Shown one piece after another: positions 29,860 to 38,740 of a DNA stretch of 55,899 nucleotides (position 1 is the first letter of the stretch; each line of letters begins with the position of its first letter). The position numbers and the translations under genes were made by a program. The stretch comes from Bacteroidales bacterium (GTDB lineage Bacteria > Bacteroidota > Bacteroidia > Bacteroidales > UBA7960): positions 1 through 55,899 of the forward strand of contig SKSI01000090.1 in NCBI GenBank assembly GCA_007123065.1, given 5' to 3'. The notes below the pieces were generated by a model. It did no database searches. It was not told the origin of the DNA and saw only the letters and a program-made list of their open reading frames with translations.

Positions 29860-30618
29860 ATGTTGCCAACTTGTAAAGCGCGACAAATTTACACATTTTA
29901 TATGATTTTTAAGGGCCTTTCAGGTGCAGTAAAGCTGCATTTAAAAAACTTCATTTCTTTGGTTTATCCGGAGACTTGCTGTGCTTGCGGCAGCTGTCTA
30001 ATCGACCAGGAAACACATTTGTGTCTTGTATGCAGAGCCATGCTCCCACAAACCCGTTTTCATAAACAAAAAGAAAACCAACTGTCAAGAATCTTTTGGG
30101 GGCGACAGCCTGTTGAAACCGGAACAGCATTGTATTATTTTCATAAAAAAGGCAAGGTTCAGCGTGTGATCCATCAATTTAAATACAAAGGAAACATCAG
30201 GCTGGGTAACTATTTGGGGAAAATACTCGGACAAAACATGGCACAATCGGAACATTACAGTCCTGTTAATTGTGTAATTCCTGTTCCTTTGCATCCGGCC
30301 AAAGAGCGTAAAAGGGGATTTAACCAAAGCGCAGTGATTGCGGAGGGAATTGCATCCAGTATGAAGATTGAATGCCGGACAGATTTGCTAATAAGAAGCA
30401 AGCACACGGAAACACAAACAAAAAAAGACAGATTTCATCGCTGGAAGAATGTGTCTTCTGTTTTCGAGACACCCAACCCTGTTTTGCTGGAAAACAAATC
30501 CATACTCCTTGTGGATGATGTAATCACAACCGGTGCAACGCTGGAAGCTTGCGCGGAAAAACTCCTTGAGGTTAAGGGAGTACGTGTTTGGATCGCGACT
30601 CTTGCCCTTACCGACTAA
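29860..30618 (+). CDS. ComF family protein (phosphoribosyltransferase domain)
   Basis: N-terminal Cys pairs CCACGSC...CLVC and the PRTase motif ILLVDDVITTGATL. The start could be M15 (29902). Confidence 0.8.
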   Translation: MLPTCKARQIYTFYMIFKGLSGAVKLHLKNFISLVYPETCCACGSCLIDQETHLCLVCRAMLPQTRFHKQKENQLSRIFWGRQPVETGTALYYFHKKGKVQRVIHQFKYKGNIRLGNYLGKILGQNMAQSEHYSPVNCVIPVPLHPAKERKRGFNQSAVIAEGIASSMKIECRTDLLIRSKHTETQTKKDRFHRWKNVSSVFETPNPVLLENKSILLVDDVITTGATLEACAEKLLEVKGVRVWIATLALTD

Positions 30619-30673
30619 ATAATAGTTCAGGAGTTTTCAACATCTCGTTATTAAATTTTTTATGAAGGCATAG

Positions 30674-33286
30674 TCAAAAACTGCCGGCAAGAACTGCTGT
30701 CCGTTTAAAATGCCGCACCGAGCCTTCTATATTAAACAACTCCAGGTGTATGACATACATTCCGACAGCAGCCTTTTGTCCGGCATCGGTGGTGCCATCC
30801 CAGATGAAGGCACCTGAGGTTGCCATCAGCTCGCCCTGTGCAAGGCGGCGCACCGGCCTTCCGCGGCGGTCATAAATCCTGACATTGGCTACATAACCCG
30901 GCTGTTCCAACGAATAATGGATGTGTAAAAGGTCTTCTTTACCGCTCCCGTCGGGTGCAAAAACTTTCGGCATAACTTCGATTTCAATGCCTTCCGGTTC
31001 AGCGTGCATGGCGAATTGTGAGTTTTTATAAGCCGGTGTTCCAAATCCGAAAGAAGCGGCGGCAGATTGCCAGTTAAAGCTATCGACCGAAGGTCTGTCG
31101 GGATGCACCCGTTCCAATGCAACTCCTTTTACTGAAGTAAGCAAAGGCAAATGCATCTGTTCATCATATTGCATCCGATCAATGAACTGATGGCTCTTGT
31201 TTGCCAGTATAACAATCCCCTCCGCATTGGTCATCCGCGGCATGCCGTCGAGCTCCAGAAACGAATCCGGTGAAGGAGTTAAAAACGTACGTTTTACGGC
31301 CGATGTGTCGGCAGAAAGCACCAGGTAGTCTCCGGGGAAGAAAAGATAAGAGTCTTTGCTTATATGTTGAAGTGTAATCAAAATGTTGTCGAGGGTATCC
31401 TGCGATGCCAGTATATAGTCAGCCATATCAAAAACAAAACCTGAGCGGTTAAAAAGTTCTACATAGCGCGATCCAAAATAAGGCGGGTTAAACAGCACCT
31501 CATTGATCACGATATCATTTTCACTGGCTGCACGGGGAACTGCCAGGCGGCCGGTCCGTTCGTTGATTATGTTTCCCGCGCAATCAGTAAAAAGCTCACT
31601 TACTGACACTTTATACAAAACGTCATCTTGAAGCGGTTCTGCCAACTGAAGGTGTACACAGGAAAAATCGGGACTGACAGGATTTGCCGTTATTGGATTT
31701 CCTATATTATGATCTATCTCATAATAGCCAGGGATCCATAAATTGGCATCATCCATTGGCTCTGAGAACCACAGTATGACATTCAGGCTGTCGACAAATC
31801 CGGTCCTGAGAAGGCGGGGTGGTTGCGTATCAGGGTTATCAGCCCTTACCGAATTCGTAATCCCGGGGCTGCCACCTCTGGTGTCTTCTGATGCCTTCCA
31901 GTTTGCCGCACCCTGACAAAAATTATAAGGATCAATTTTCTCAAGCGACCAGCCTCCTGAAGCCTTGGCCGGATTCCGGTACCATTTATCCGTATATGAC
32001 ACAAAGGATACCAATTCCTGTCCAACGTCCCAAAGCACCAGTTGCGTACCCCCGATAGTAAGTGCATTCGCGGAAAGACCGGGAACAGCAACAACATTCC
32101 CATAATCCTTCATGTACGGATAAGCAGCTTCTGTTGTAAGAACAAGGTATCCCCGCGGAGGCACAAGTGCTTCAGGAAGAACACGCATTGTAGTACCATG
32201 CTGCAATGTCCACCCCTCAATATTTATTGGAAGCTCCGTGGTGTTATACAGTTCCAGCCAATCGAAAGGGGGAAGAGAAACTTCCGGTCTGCTGTTGGCC
32301 ATCAGCTCATTAAAAATCAAATCAAATCGCTGTGACACATAATGCACAAACGAACCGGCATAGGGCTCCATCATTTGACCATCAGGACTTTCGACTCCGG
32401 ATATATCAATCTTATAAAGATGATTTTCAAGAAAATTGCCGGCAAATAAAAGTCTTGCCATAAAAGGGTGCTGGTCGTCAACAGCAACGACTAAGGGGTG
32501 ACCCGGACCATCATCAACAAAGTAATTTTGCGGATTGGTTGCTGAATTCGGTGTAATAATGCGGCTAAAAACAACATCCAGCGTGTTGGGTGAAACAACC
32601 TGTAACCTTCGCACATAAGGCGGATCTTCCGGGATGATATCCCCCACCCTGAAATCATCAAAATAAAACCGGTTGCTGTTGCTGCTCGTATAAGTACATC
32701 TAATACCAAACCACGCTGTTGTGGTATATGTATTGTCAGAAGCCCCACCTTGCGGAATAAACATATTCTGTCCGGATGGATCTGCAAAGAACTGCCAAAA
32801 ACCGGAACCATCTCTTACTACTCGAACCCGCATCACATTATTTGTGCCATCAGCAATATTCATGCTTCCGGTCATTAACAGAGTCGATTCAGAGCCATCC
32901 TGACGATAAAAATAGAGCCTTTTGTTGTCACCTCCTGTTTTTCCGATTTGCAAAAAATAGCCGCTCAGAGCACCCGAAAGGTCACTGGTATTGCTTGCCA
33001 GGTATACCCGCGGATGGTTATTGTCGGATGGTGTAAATGCAATTCGGATCCAGAAATCCCACTGTGTGTTACTAATTACAGAACTTTCTGTGGCCAGGTA
33101 TGCCATCCCCGCCCCCGTGTCATTTAGCCGGAGTAAACCATTCTCAATAATGAATTTATCACAATCTCCAGCCCAGGTTGGGTTAGTGGTAAAATCCCCG
33201 TCGCTGAAATCATCGGTAAATTGACCAAAAAGCATCATTGGTGTACAAATCCAGAATAAAAGAATCAAATTTCTCATAACTTGCAT
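30674..33286 (-). CDS. Secreted lamin-tail-domain (LTD) protein with a T9SS-type C-terminal domain
   Basis: Signal peptide. Two LTD-like segments (LIFNELMANS..FDWLELYN and IVINEVLFNP..RYVELFN). C-terminal VRIYDRRGRPVRRL..FIWDGTTDAGQKAAVGMYVIHLEL matches the FlgD-Ig / T9SS CTD pattern. Confidence 0.7.
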   Translation of the reverse strand: MQVMRNLILLFWICTPMMLFGQFTDDFSDGDFTTNPTWAGDCDKFIIENGLLRLNDTGAGMAYLATESSVISNTQWDFWIRIAFTPSDNNHPRVYLASNTSDLSGALSGYFLQIGKTGGDNKRLYFYRQDGSESTLLMTGSMNIADGTNNVMRVRVVRDGSGFWQFFADPSGQNMFIPQGGASDNTYTTTAWFGIRCTYTSSNSNRFYFDDFRVGDIIPEDPPYVRRLQVVSPNTLDVVFSRIITPNSATNPQNYFVDDGPGHPLVVAVDDQHPFMARLLFAGNFLENHLYKIDISGVESPDGQMMEPYAGSFVHYVSQRFDLIFNELMANSRPEVSLPPFDWLELYNTTELPINIEGWTLQHGTTMRVLPEALVPPRGYLVLTTEAAYPYMKDYGNVVAVPGLSANALTIGGTQLVLWDVGQELVSFVSYTDKWYRNPAKASGGWSLEKIDPYNFCQGAANWKASEDTRGGSPGITNSVRADNPDTQPPRLLRTGFVDSLNVILWFSEPMDDANLWIPGYYEIDHNIGNPITANPVSPDFSCVHLQLAEPLQDDVLYKVSVSELFTDCAGNIINERTGRLAVPRAASENDIVINEVLFNPPYFGSRYVELFNRSGFVFDMADYILASQDTLDNILITLQHISKDSYLFFPGDYLVLSADTSAVKRTFLTPSPDSFLELDGMPRMTNAEGIVILANKSHQFIDRMQYDEQMHLPLLTSVKGVALERVHPDRPSVDSFNWQSAAASFGFGTPAYKNSQFAMHAEPEGIEIEVMPKVFAPDGSGKEDLLHIHYSLEQPGYVANVRIYDRRGRPVRRLAQGELMATSGAFIWDGTTDAGQKAAVGMYVIHLELFNIEGSVRHFKRTAVLAGSF

Positions 33287-33390
33287 TATTTTTGTATGAT
33301 CAGGAATAAAAATGTGAATATAATGCTCCTGGTTGAATCATTTGTTTTTTTATCTATATTTATATGTTTTAGGTTTTAATTTTTAATTAA

Positions 33391-34380
33391 ATGGTCTTAG
33401 CTTTAGCAGGCGCAACCGGTTTGGTAGGTCAGGTCATGATCAAAATATTGGAGGAGCGCGGACTTCCTGTAGATAAATTCATCCCTTGTGCTTCTTCGCG
33501 TTCCGTGGGGCGGGAGGTTATGTTTCGGGGCAGGGCACACAAGTTGGTTTCTGTTGATGACGCCATTGAGGCGGCTCCGGATATAGTCATTTTCTCTGCC
33601 GGTTCGGAAGCATCCCGGCAATATGCGCCATTATTTGTGGAAAAGGGCAGTTTTGTGATCGACAATTCATCCGCGTGGCGTGGAGATGCCAAAGTACCCC
33701 TTGTGATACCGGAAGTGAATGCACACACCATAAGCAAAGAAACGAAAATCATTGCCAACCCGAACTGCAGCACAATACAGATGGTTTTGGCTCTGGCGCC
33801 CATACACAGGGCTTATGGTATCCGGCGACTGGTGATTGCCACTTACCAGTCTGTTACGGGAACAGGCGTGAAAGCTGTTCAACAGCTAAACAATGAACGG
33901 TCGGGCATTCAGGGAGAGATGGCTTATCCGCACCCCATTGACCTGAATTGTTTCCCACACGGGGGTCATTTTCTTGAAAACGGATATTCTTCAGAGGAGA
34001 TGAAACTGGTGGATGAAACCCGGAAGATCCTTGACAGTCCGGAGATAAGAATTACAGCAACTGTAGTTCGGATTCCAGTCATTGGCGGACATTCGGAGGC
34101 TGTCAATGTTGAGATGAACAGCGATTTCCACATTTCAGAAGTCCGCAGGATTCTGGAAGAAACGGATGGGGTTATTGTAGCAGACAATCTTGCAGAGAAT
34201 ATGTATCCGATGCCAAAGTTTGCTGAGGGACGGGATGAAGTATTCGTCGGGAGGCTTCGCAGGGACCACTCGGTACCCTATGGCCTGGATATGTGGATCG
34301 TTGCAGACAACCTGCGCAAAGGCGCCGCGACCAACGCCGTCCAGATTGCCCAATACCTGATAAAATATATTACATTCTGA
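33391..34380 (+). CDS. asd: Aspartate-semialdehyde dehydrogenase
   Basis: GATGLVGQ NAD(P) loop, active-site NCSTIQ, and GHSEAV. Confidence 0.9.
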   Translation: MVLALAGATGLVGQVMIKILEERGLPVDKFIPCASSRSVGREVMFRGRAHKLVSVDDAIEAAPDIVIFSAGSEASRQYAPLFVEKGSFVIDNSSAWRGDAKVPLVIPEVNAHTISKETKIIANPNCSTIQMVLALAPIHRAYGIRRLVIATYQSVTGTGVKAVQQLNNERSGIQGEMAYPHPIDLNCFPHGGHFLENGYSSEEMKLVDETRKILDSPEIRITATVVRIPVIGGHSEAVNVEMNSDFHISEVRRILEETDGVIVADNLAENMYPMPKFAEGRDEVFVGRLRRDHSVPYGLDMWIVADNLRKGAATNAVQIAQYLIKYITF

Positions 34381-34397
34381 GGTTGATCTATTTTTCG

Positions 34398-34405
34398 TAT
34401 TTTTG
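34398..34405 (+). promoter_or_regulatory. Candidate -7 box (TATTTTTG) for the lipid kinase gene
   Basis: TAnnTTTG match 54 nt upstream of the ATG at 34459. Confidence 0.35.
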
Positions 34406-34458
34406 CACCTTGCAAAAAATTAGCGCTGTTTGCTTTCATTGTTTTTTGTTTTATAATA

Positions 34459-35388
34459 TTGACATTTATGAAAGAATGGTTGGCAGTAATCAACCCCAAT
34501 GCAGGGATAGGCAAGGTCAGGAAAGACTGGGACCGTATTTCCGGACTTCTTGAAAAGCATGATATCAGCTTTCACCCGGTTTTCACCAAAGGCCCGCTCC
34601 ATGCATTCGACATCGTTGAAGAATATGTTACACTGGGGTACCGGAAAATCATTGCAGTTGGCGGTGATGGCACGATGAACGAAGTTGTTAACGGAATATT
34701 CATACAGCAAACCGTTCCTACAACAAAAATAACGCTTGGAATGATCTCTGTTGGAACCGGAAATGATTGGGTGCGCACGTATAATATCCCGCTGGATTAT
34801 GAAGAAGCCATTCATGTTTTGAAAAAAGAGAACACCCTTATTCAGGATACAGGAACGGTAAAATACTACAACAGCAATCGTGAGAAGATGCGCTATTTCA
34901 TCAATATGGCCGGACTCGGTTTTGACGGACTGGTTGCCCAAAAAACGAATGCAGACAAGATCCGCGGGAAAGGCAACCCCTTATTGTATTTGAAAAACCT
35001 GATCAGCTCTTTGTTCTCTTATAAATCCTGCGGCACCAAAATCATTGTAGACGGGAAAGTGATCCGGGACAAAATTTTCAGTGTCGGGGTCGGAATCGGA
35101 CAATACAACGGTGGCGGGATGCGTCAGGCGCCGGATGCCAAAACAGACGATGGTCTTTTTGATCTGACAGTGATCAAGGATTTAACCAAATGGTCTGTTG
35201 TAACTAATGTCAGAAGACTATATAACGGAACCATTAAAAAGCACAAACAGGTTGAAAGTTTCTTGGGCAAACACATTCTGATCGAATCCGACAATCCTGT
35301 TTTGCTGGAAGCAGATGGTGAATCGCTGGGGCATTCACCTTTTGAGTTTAATATCGTTCCTAAAAGCGTCAGGGTAGTCATCAACTAA
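34459..35388 (+). CDS. Diacylglycerol kinase family lipid kinase (YegS/BmrU-like)
   Basis: GGDGTMNEVVNG motif, plus GTGNDW and a C-terminal ADGE. Confidence 0.85.
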   Translation: MTFMKEWLAVINPNAGIGKVRKDWDRISGLLEKHDISFHPVFTKGPLHAFDIVEEYVTLGYRKIIAVGGDGTMNEVVNGIFIQQTVPTTKITLGMISVGTGNDWVRTYNIPLDYEEAIHVLKKENTLIQDTGTVKYYNSNREKMRYFINMAGLGFDGLVAQKTNADKIRGKGNPLLYLKNLISSLFSYKSCGTKIIVDGKVIRDKIFSVGVGIGQYNGGGMRQAPDAKTDDGLFDLTVIKDLTKWSVVTNVRRLYNGTIKKHKQVESFLGKHILIESDNPVLLEADGESLGHSPFEFNIVPKSVRVVIN

Positions 35389-35406
35389 ACAATTAAACAA
35401 CTAAAC
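35383..35406. repeat. Short copy of the AACTAAAC microsatellite (AACTAAAC AATTAAAC AACTAAAC)
   Basis: Direct reading. It overlaps the stop codon of the lipid kinase gene. Confidence 0.8.
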
Positions 35407-35416
35407 GTTACTTTAA

Positions 35417-36943
35417 ATGGCTAATACAGAAGACCGTTTTAAGAAGATCATTGCCCATTGCAAGGAGTACGGATTTATTTTTCAATCAAGCGAGATCTAT
35501 GACGGATTAAGTGCTGTTTATGACTATGGTCAGAATGGTGCAGAGTTAAAAAACAACATCAAGGATTACTGGTGGAAGTCGATGGTACAATATCACGAGA
35601 ACATTGTTGGTATTGATGCGGCTATTTTTATGCACCCTGCTGTCTGGAAAGCTTCCGGACATGTTGACGCTTTCAACGACCCGTTGATCGACAACAAAGA
35701 TTCCAAAAAGAGATATCGTGCGGATGTGCTCATAGAAGATTATATCGCGAAATTAGAAGACAAGATAACAAAAGAGGTTAAGAAAGCAGCGAAGCGTTTT
35801 GGAGAGTCATTCGATGAAGGGATGTTTCGCGAAACCAACCCACGTGTACAGTCCAATCTTAAAAAAATCACAGACATCAACAGGCGGTTTGTTCAGGCGC
35901 TCGAAGAAGACCGTCTGAGCGACATTAAGGCTTTGATCGAAGAGCTTGGCATTGTTTGTCCTGTTTCCGGATCCAAAAGCTGGACAGATGTACGACAGTT
36001 TAACCTGATGTTCAGCTCACAGATGGGTTCGCTGGGCGAAGGTGCCAGTCAGGTGTACTTGCGTCCTGAGACAGCCCAGGGTATTTTTGTCAACTACCTG
36101 AACGTTCAGAAAACCGGTCGCAAAAAGCTTCCTTTTGGAATTGCACAGATCGGGAAAGCATTTCGCAATGAAATCGTTGCCCGTCAGTTCATTTTCAGGA
36201 TGCGTGAGTTTGAGCAGATGGAGATGCAGTTTTTTGTGCGTCCGGGTGAAGAAAAAGGGTGGTATGAATACTGGAAGGAGGAGCGGATGAAGTGGCATCT
36301 GTCGCTAGGCATTCCGGCTGATTCTTACAGGGTTCACGAGCATGAAAAGCTGGCCCATTATGCAAATGCCGCTGTCGACATTGAATTTGAATTTCCGTTT
36401 GGATTCAGGGAATTAGAGGGCGTTCATTCGCGTACGGATTTTGACCTGGGAGCACACCAGGAGCATTCCGGAAAGAAACTTCAGTATTTTGATCCTGAAA
36501 CGAACGAAAGCTACGTGCCTTTTGTGGTAGAAACCTCCATTGGTCTTGACCGCATGTTTCTTGCGATTGTAAGTAACGCGTACAGGGAGGAAACCCTGGA
36601 GGACGGCAGTCAGCGCGTTGTGATGAACATACCGCCGGCACTGGCTCCGATAAAAGTTGCCGTTTTACCATTGATGAAAAAAGACGGCCTCCCTGAAAAG
36701 GGAAGGGAAATTTTTGATACACTTAAGTATGATTTTCTGTGTCAGTATGAAGATAAAGATGCAATTGGAAGGCGTTACCGCAGGCAGGATGCCATCGGCA
36801 CACCTTACTGCATCACCATCGATCACCAGACACTTGAAGACAACACTGTAACAATCAGAGAAAGGGATTCCATGCAACAAGAACGCATCCCTGTTGAGAA
36901 AATCTCAAGCATTGTGGCAGACCGTATCAGACTTCGTCCATAA
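35417..36943 (+). CDS. glyQS: Glycine--tRNA ligase (dimeric alpha2 type)
   Basis: 508 aa. Class II motifs (YLRPETAQG, FRNEI..R) and a C-terminal anticodon-binding domain. Confidence 0.9.
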   Translation: MANTEDRFKKIIAHCKEYGFIFQSSEIYDGLSAVYDYGQNGAELKNNIKDYWWKSMVQYHENIVGIDAAIFMHPAVWKASGHVDAFNDPLIDNKDSKKRYRADVLIEDYIAKLEDKITKEVKKAAKRFGESFDEGMFRETNPRVQSNLKKITDINRRFVQALEEDRLSDIKALIEELGIVCPVSGSKSWTDVRQFNLMFSSQMGSLGEGASQVYLRPETAQGIFVNYLNVQKTGRKKLPFGIAQIGKAFRNEIVARQFIFRMREFEQMEMQFFVRPGEEKGWYEYWKEERMKWHLSLGIPADSYRVHEHEKLAHYANAAVDIEFEFPFGFRELEGVHSRTDFDLGAHQEHSGKKLQYFDPETNESYVPFVVETSIGLDRMFLAIVSNAYREETLEDGSQRVVMNIPPALAPIKVAVLPLMKKDGLPEKGREIFDTLKYDFLCQYEDKDAIGRRYRRQDAIGTPYCITIDHQTLEDNTVTIRERDSMQQERIPVEKISSIVADRIRLRP

Positions 36944-37040
36944 GAGAAGTTGCCTGGTTTTTAAAAATGCAACAAAAAGCAGGTTGATTTGTTGTACATT
37001 ATAGAATAAACCGCAAATTTGGCGCAGAAAAAAATCGTGT

Positions 37041-38015
37041 ATGACCACTCTGAAACAAATAAAGGAGCCGGTTGAAGAACATATCAAAATCTTTGAGGCG
37101 CGTTTTAAAGCTTCTCTGAAAAGCCAGGTAGGCCTCCTTGACAAGATCACCAGATACATTGTTAAGCGGAAGGGGAAACAGATCAGACCGCTTTATGTCT
37201 TTTTCTCTGCCGGCATATTCGGAGAGGTTTCTGAACGCACATATCGTGCAGCCACCCTTATTGAGCTGTTGCATACCGCAACACTGATTCATGATGATGT
37301 AGTTGATGACTCAAATGAGCGCAGGGGGTTCTTTTCACTAAATGCTTTATGGAAAAATAAAATCTCTGTACTTATAGGGGATTATTTGTTGTCGAGAGGG
37401 TTGTTGCTCAGTCTGGACAACAACGATTTTGACCTGCTTCAGATTGTAACAGAGTCTGTTCGTGAAATGAGCGAAGGGGAGCTGATGCAAATTGAGAAGG
37501 CGCGCAGTCTGGACATCAGTGAAGATGTTTATCTGGAAATCATCCGCAAGAAAACTGCATCGCTGATCTCTTCCTGTTTGTCGAGCGGAGCAGCGTCAGC
37601 GGGCGCATCTCCGGAAGATATCAAAAAGATGCATCACATAGGAGAACAAGCGGGAATTGCCTTCCAGATCAAAGATGACATCCTTGATTTCGACACCGGT
37701 TCCCGAAAAGGGAAACCAACAGGCTCCGACATTAAGGAGAGAAAAATGACCCTCCCGCTGATCTACCTGATCAACAACTCCTCTTATATAGAGCGGCGCA
37801 GAATCATCAACACTGTTAAAAGCCACAGCCAAGACGACAAGAAAGTAGCGGCGCTGATCGACATGATTTACACAAAAGGGGGGATCGAATACGCCACTCA
37901 GCGCATGAACGCGTTTAAAGCAGAAGCCCTACGCCTGCTTCATGATCTGCCGGAAAGCCCAAGTCGCAAATCGCTGGAAGACCTTATTGAATTTACCGTT
38001 AACCGGAACAGCTAA
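37041..38015 (+). CDS. Polyprenyl diphosphate synthase (trans-IPPS, octaprenyl/ispB-like)
   Basis: First DDxxD motif LIHDDVVDD and second motif FQIKDDILDF. Confidence 0.85.
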   Translation: MTTLKQIKEPVEEHIKIFEARFKASLKSQVGLLDKITRYIVKRKGKQIRPLYVFFSAGIFGEVSERTYRAATLIELLHTATLIHDDVVDDSNERRGFFSLNALWKNKISVLIGDYLLSRGLLLSLDNNDFDLLQIVTESVREMSEGELMQIEKARSLDISEDVYLEIIRKKTASLISSCLSSGAASAGASPEDIKKMHHIGEQAGIAFQIKDDILDFDTGSRKGKPTGSDIKERKMTLPLIYLINNSSYIERRRIINTVKSHSQDDKKVAALIDMIYTKGGIEYATQRMNAFKAEALRLLHDLPESPSRKSLEDLIEFTVNRNS

Positions 38016-38026
38016 ACACAACTGCT

Positions 38027-38740
38027 TTATTTCGTTTCTCCTGCCTCCTTGAGAAGTTGCCTGATTTTTTCTTCTACGATCACAGCGTGTGTGTGCATAT
38101 AAGTATAAAAGGTTATGTGCAATACGTGGCTGCCATCTCCTGTATTCCTGATTCGGACAGAAGGGGTCGGACTGATCACCCACGGCAATGCCATCAGGTG
38201 TTTAAAGACCTTTTCCCTGATCTGTTCTGATGTGTGCGCAGACAAAAGGGGAATCTCTGCCTGATGCGGGAGGCTGTCTTCATTATCAGGTGGAATGACA
38301 AACAGCTGGTTGCTAAGACGTGAATAGGGAACATTAACAGTTTCGCCGGCATCATTAATCAGCTCCAGACACCGGAAACCTATCCTGCAAATTTTTCCTT
38401 CAACGATAGGTGTTTTAATGATTTGTCCCGGCTGCAGGGCTTTTTCAGTCTTTAACAGGACACCGGCAAAAAAGTCACGAAACACGAACCAGGCAAGTCC
38501 GAAGATCACCAATATAGCCATCAGGACCACGATCAGATCGTAATACAAATATTGTCCGAAAACAATCAACACACCCCAGAAAGAGAAAGCAATCCAGGCG
38601 AAAAGCTCAAGAACAGGCAACGTCCGGAGGATTCCTGTGCGCAAAGGCTTTTTTCTTATAATTGCTTTGGTGAATCGGTTTAACAAACGAAAAAGCAGCA
38701 AAAGCAAAAGGCCTGTTATGGTAAAAATCAGCAGATTCAT
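38027..38740 (-). CDS. Small MscS-like (mechanosensitive channel domain) membrane protein
   Basis: Three TM helices followed by an MscS beta-domain-like stretch PGQIIKTPIVEGKICRIGFRCLELINDAGETVNVPYSRL. The ATG overlaps the TGA of the upstream giant ORF (ATGA). Confidence 0.6.
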   Translation of the reverse strand: MNLLIFTITGLLLLLLFRLLNRFTKAIIRKKPLRTGILRTLPVLELFAWIAFSFWGVLIVFGQYLYYDLIVVLMAILVIFGLAWFVFRDFFAGVLLKTEKALQPGQIIKTPIVEGKICRIGFRCLELINDAGETVNVPYSRLSNQLFVIPPDNEDSLPHQAEIPLLSAHTSEQIREKVFKHLMALPWVISPTPSVRIRNTGDGSHVLHITFYTYMHTHAVIVEEKIRQLLKEAGETK

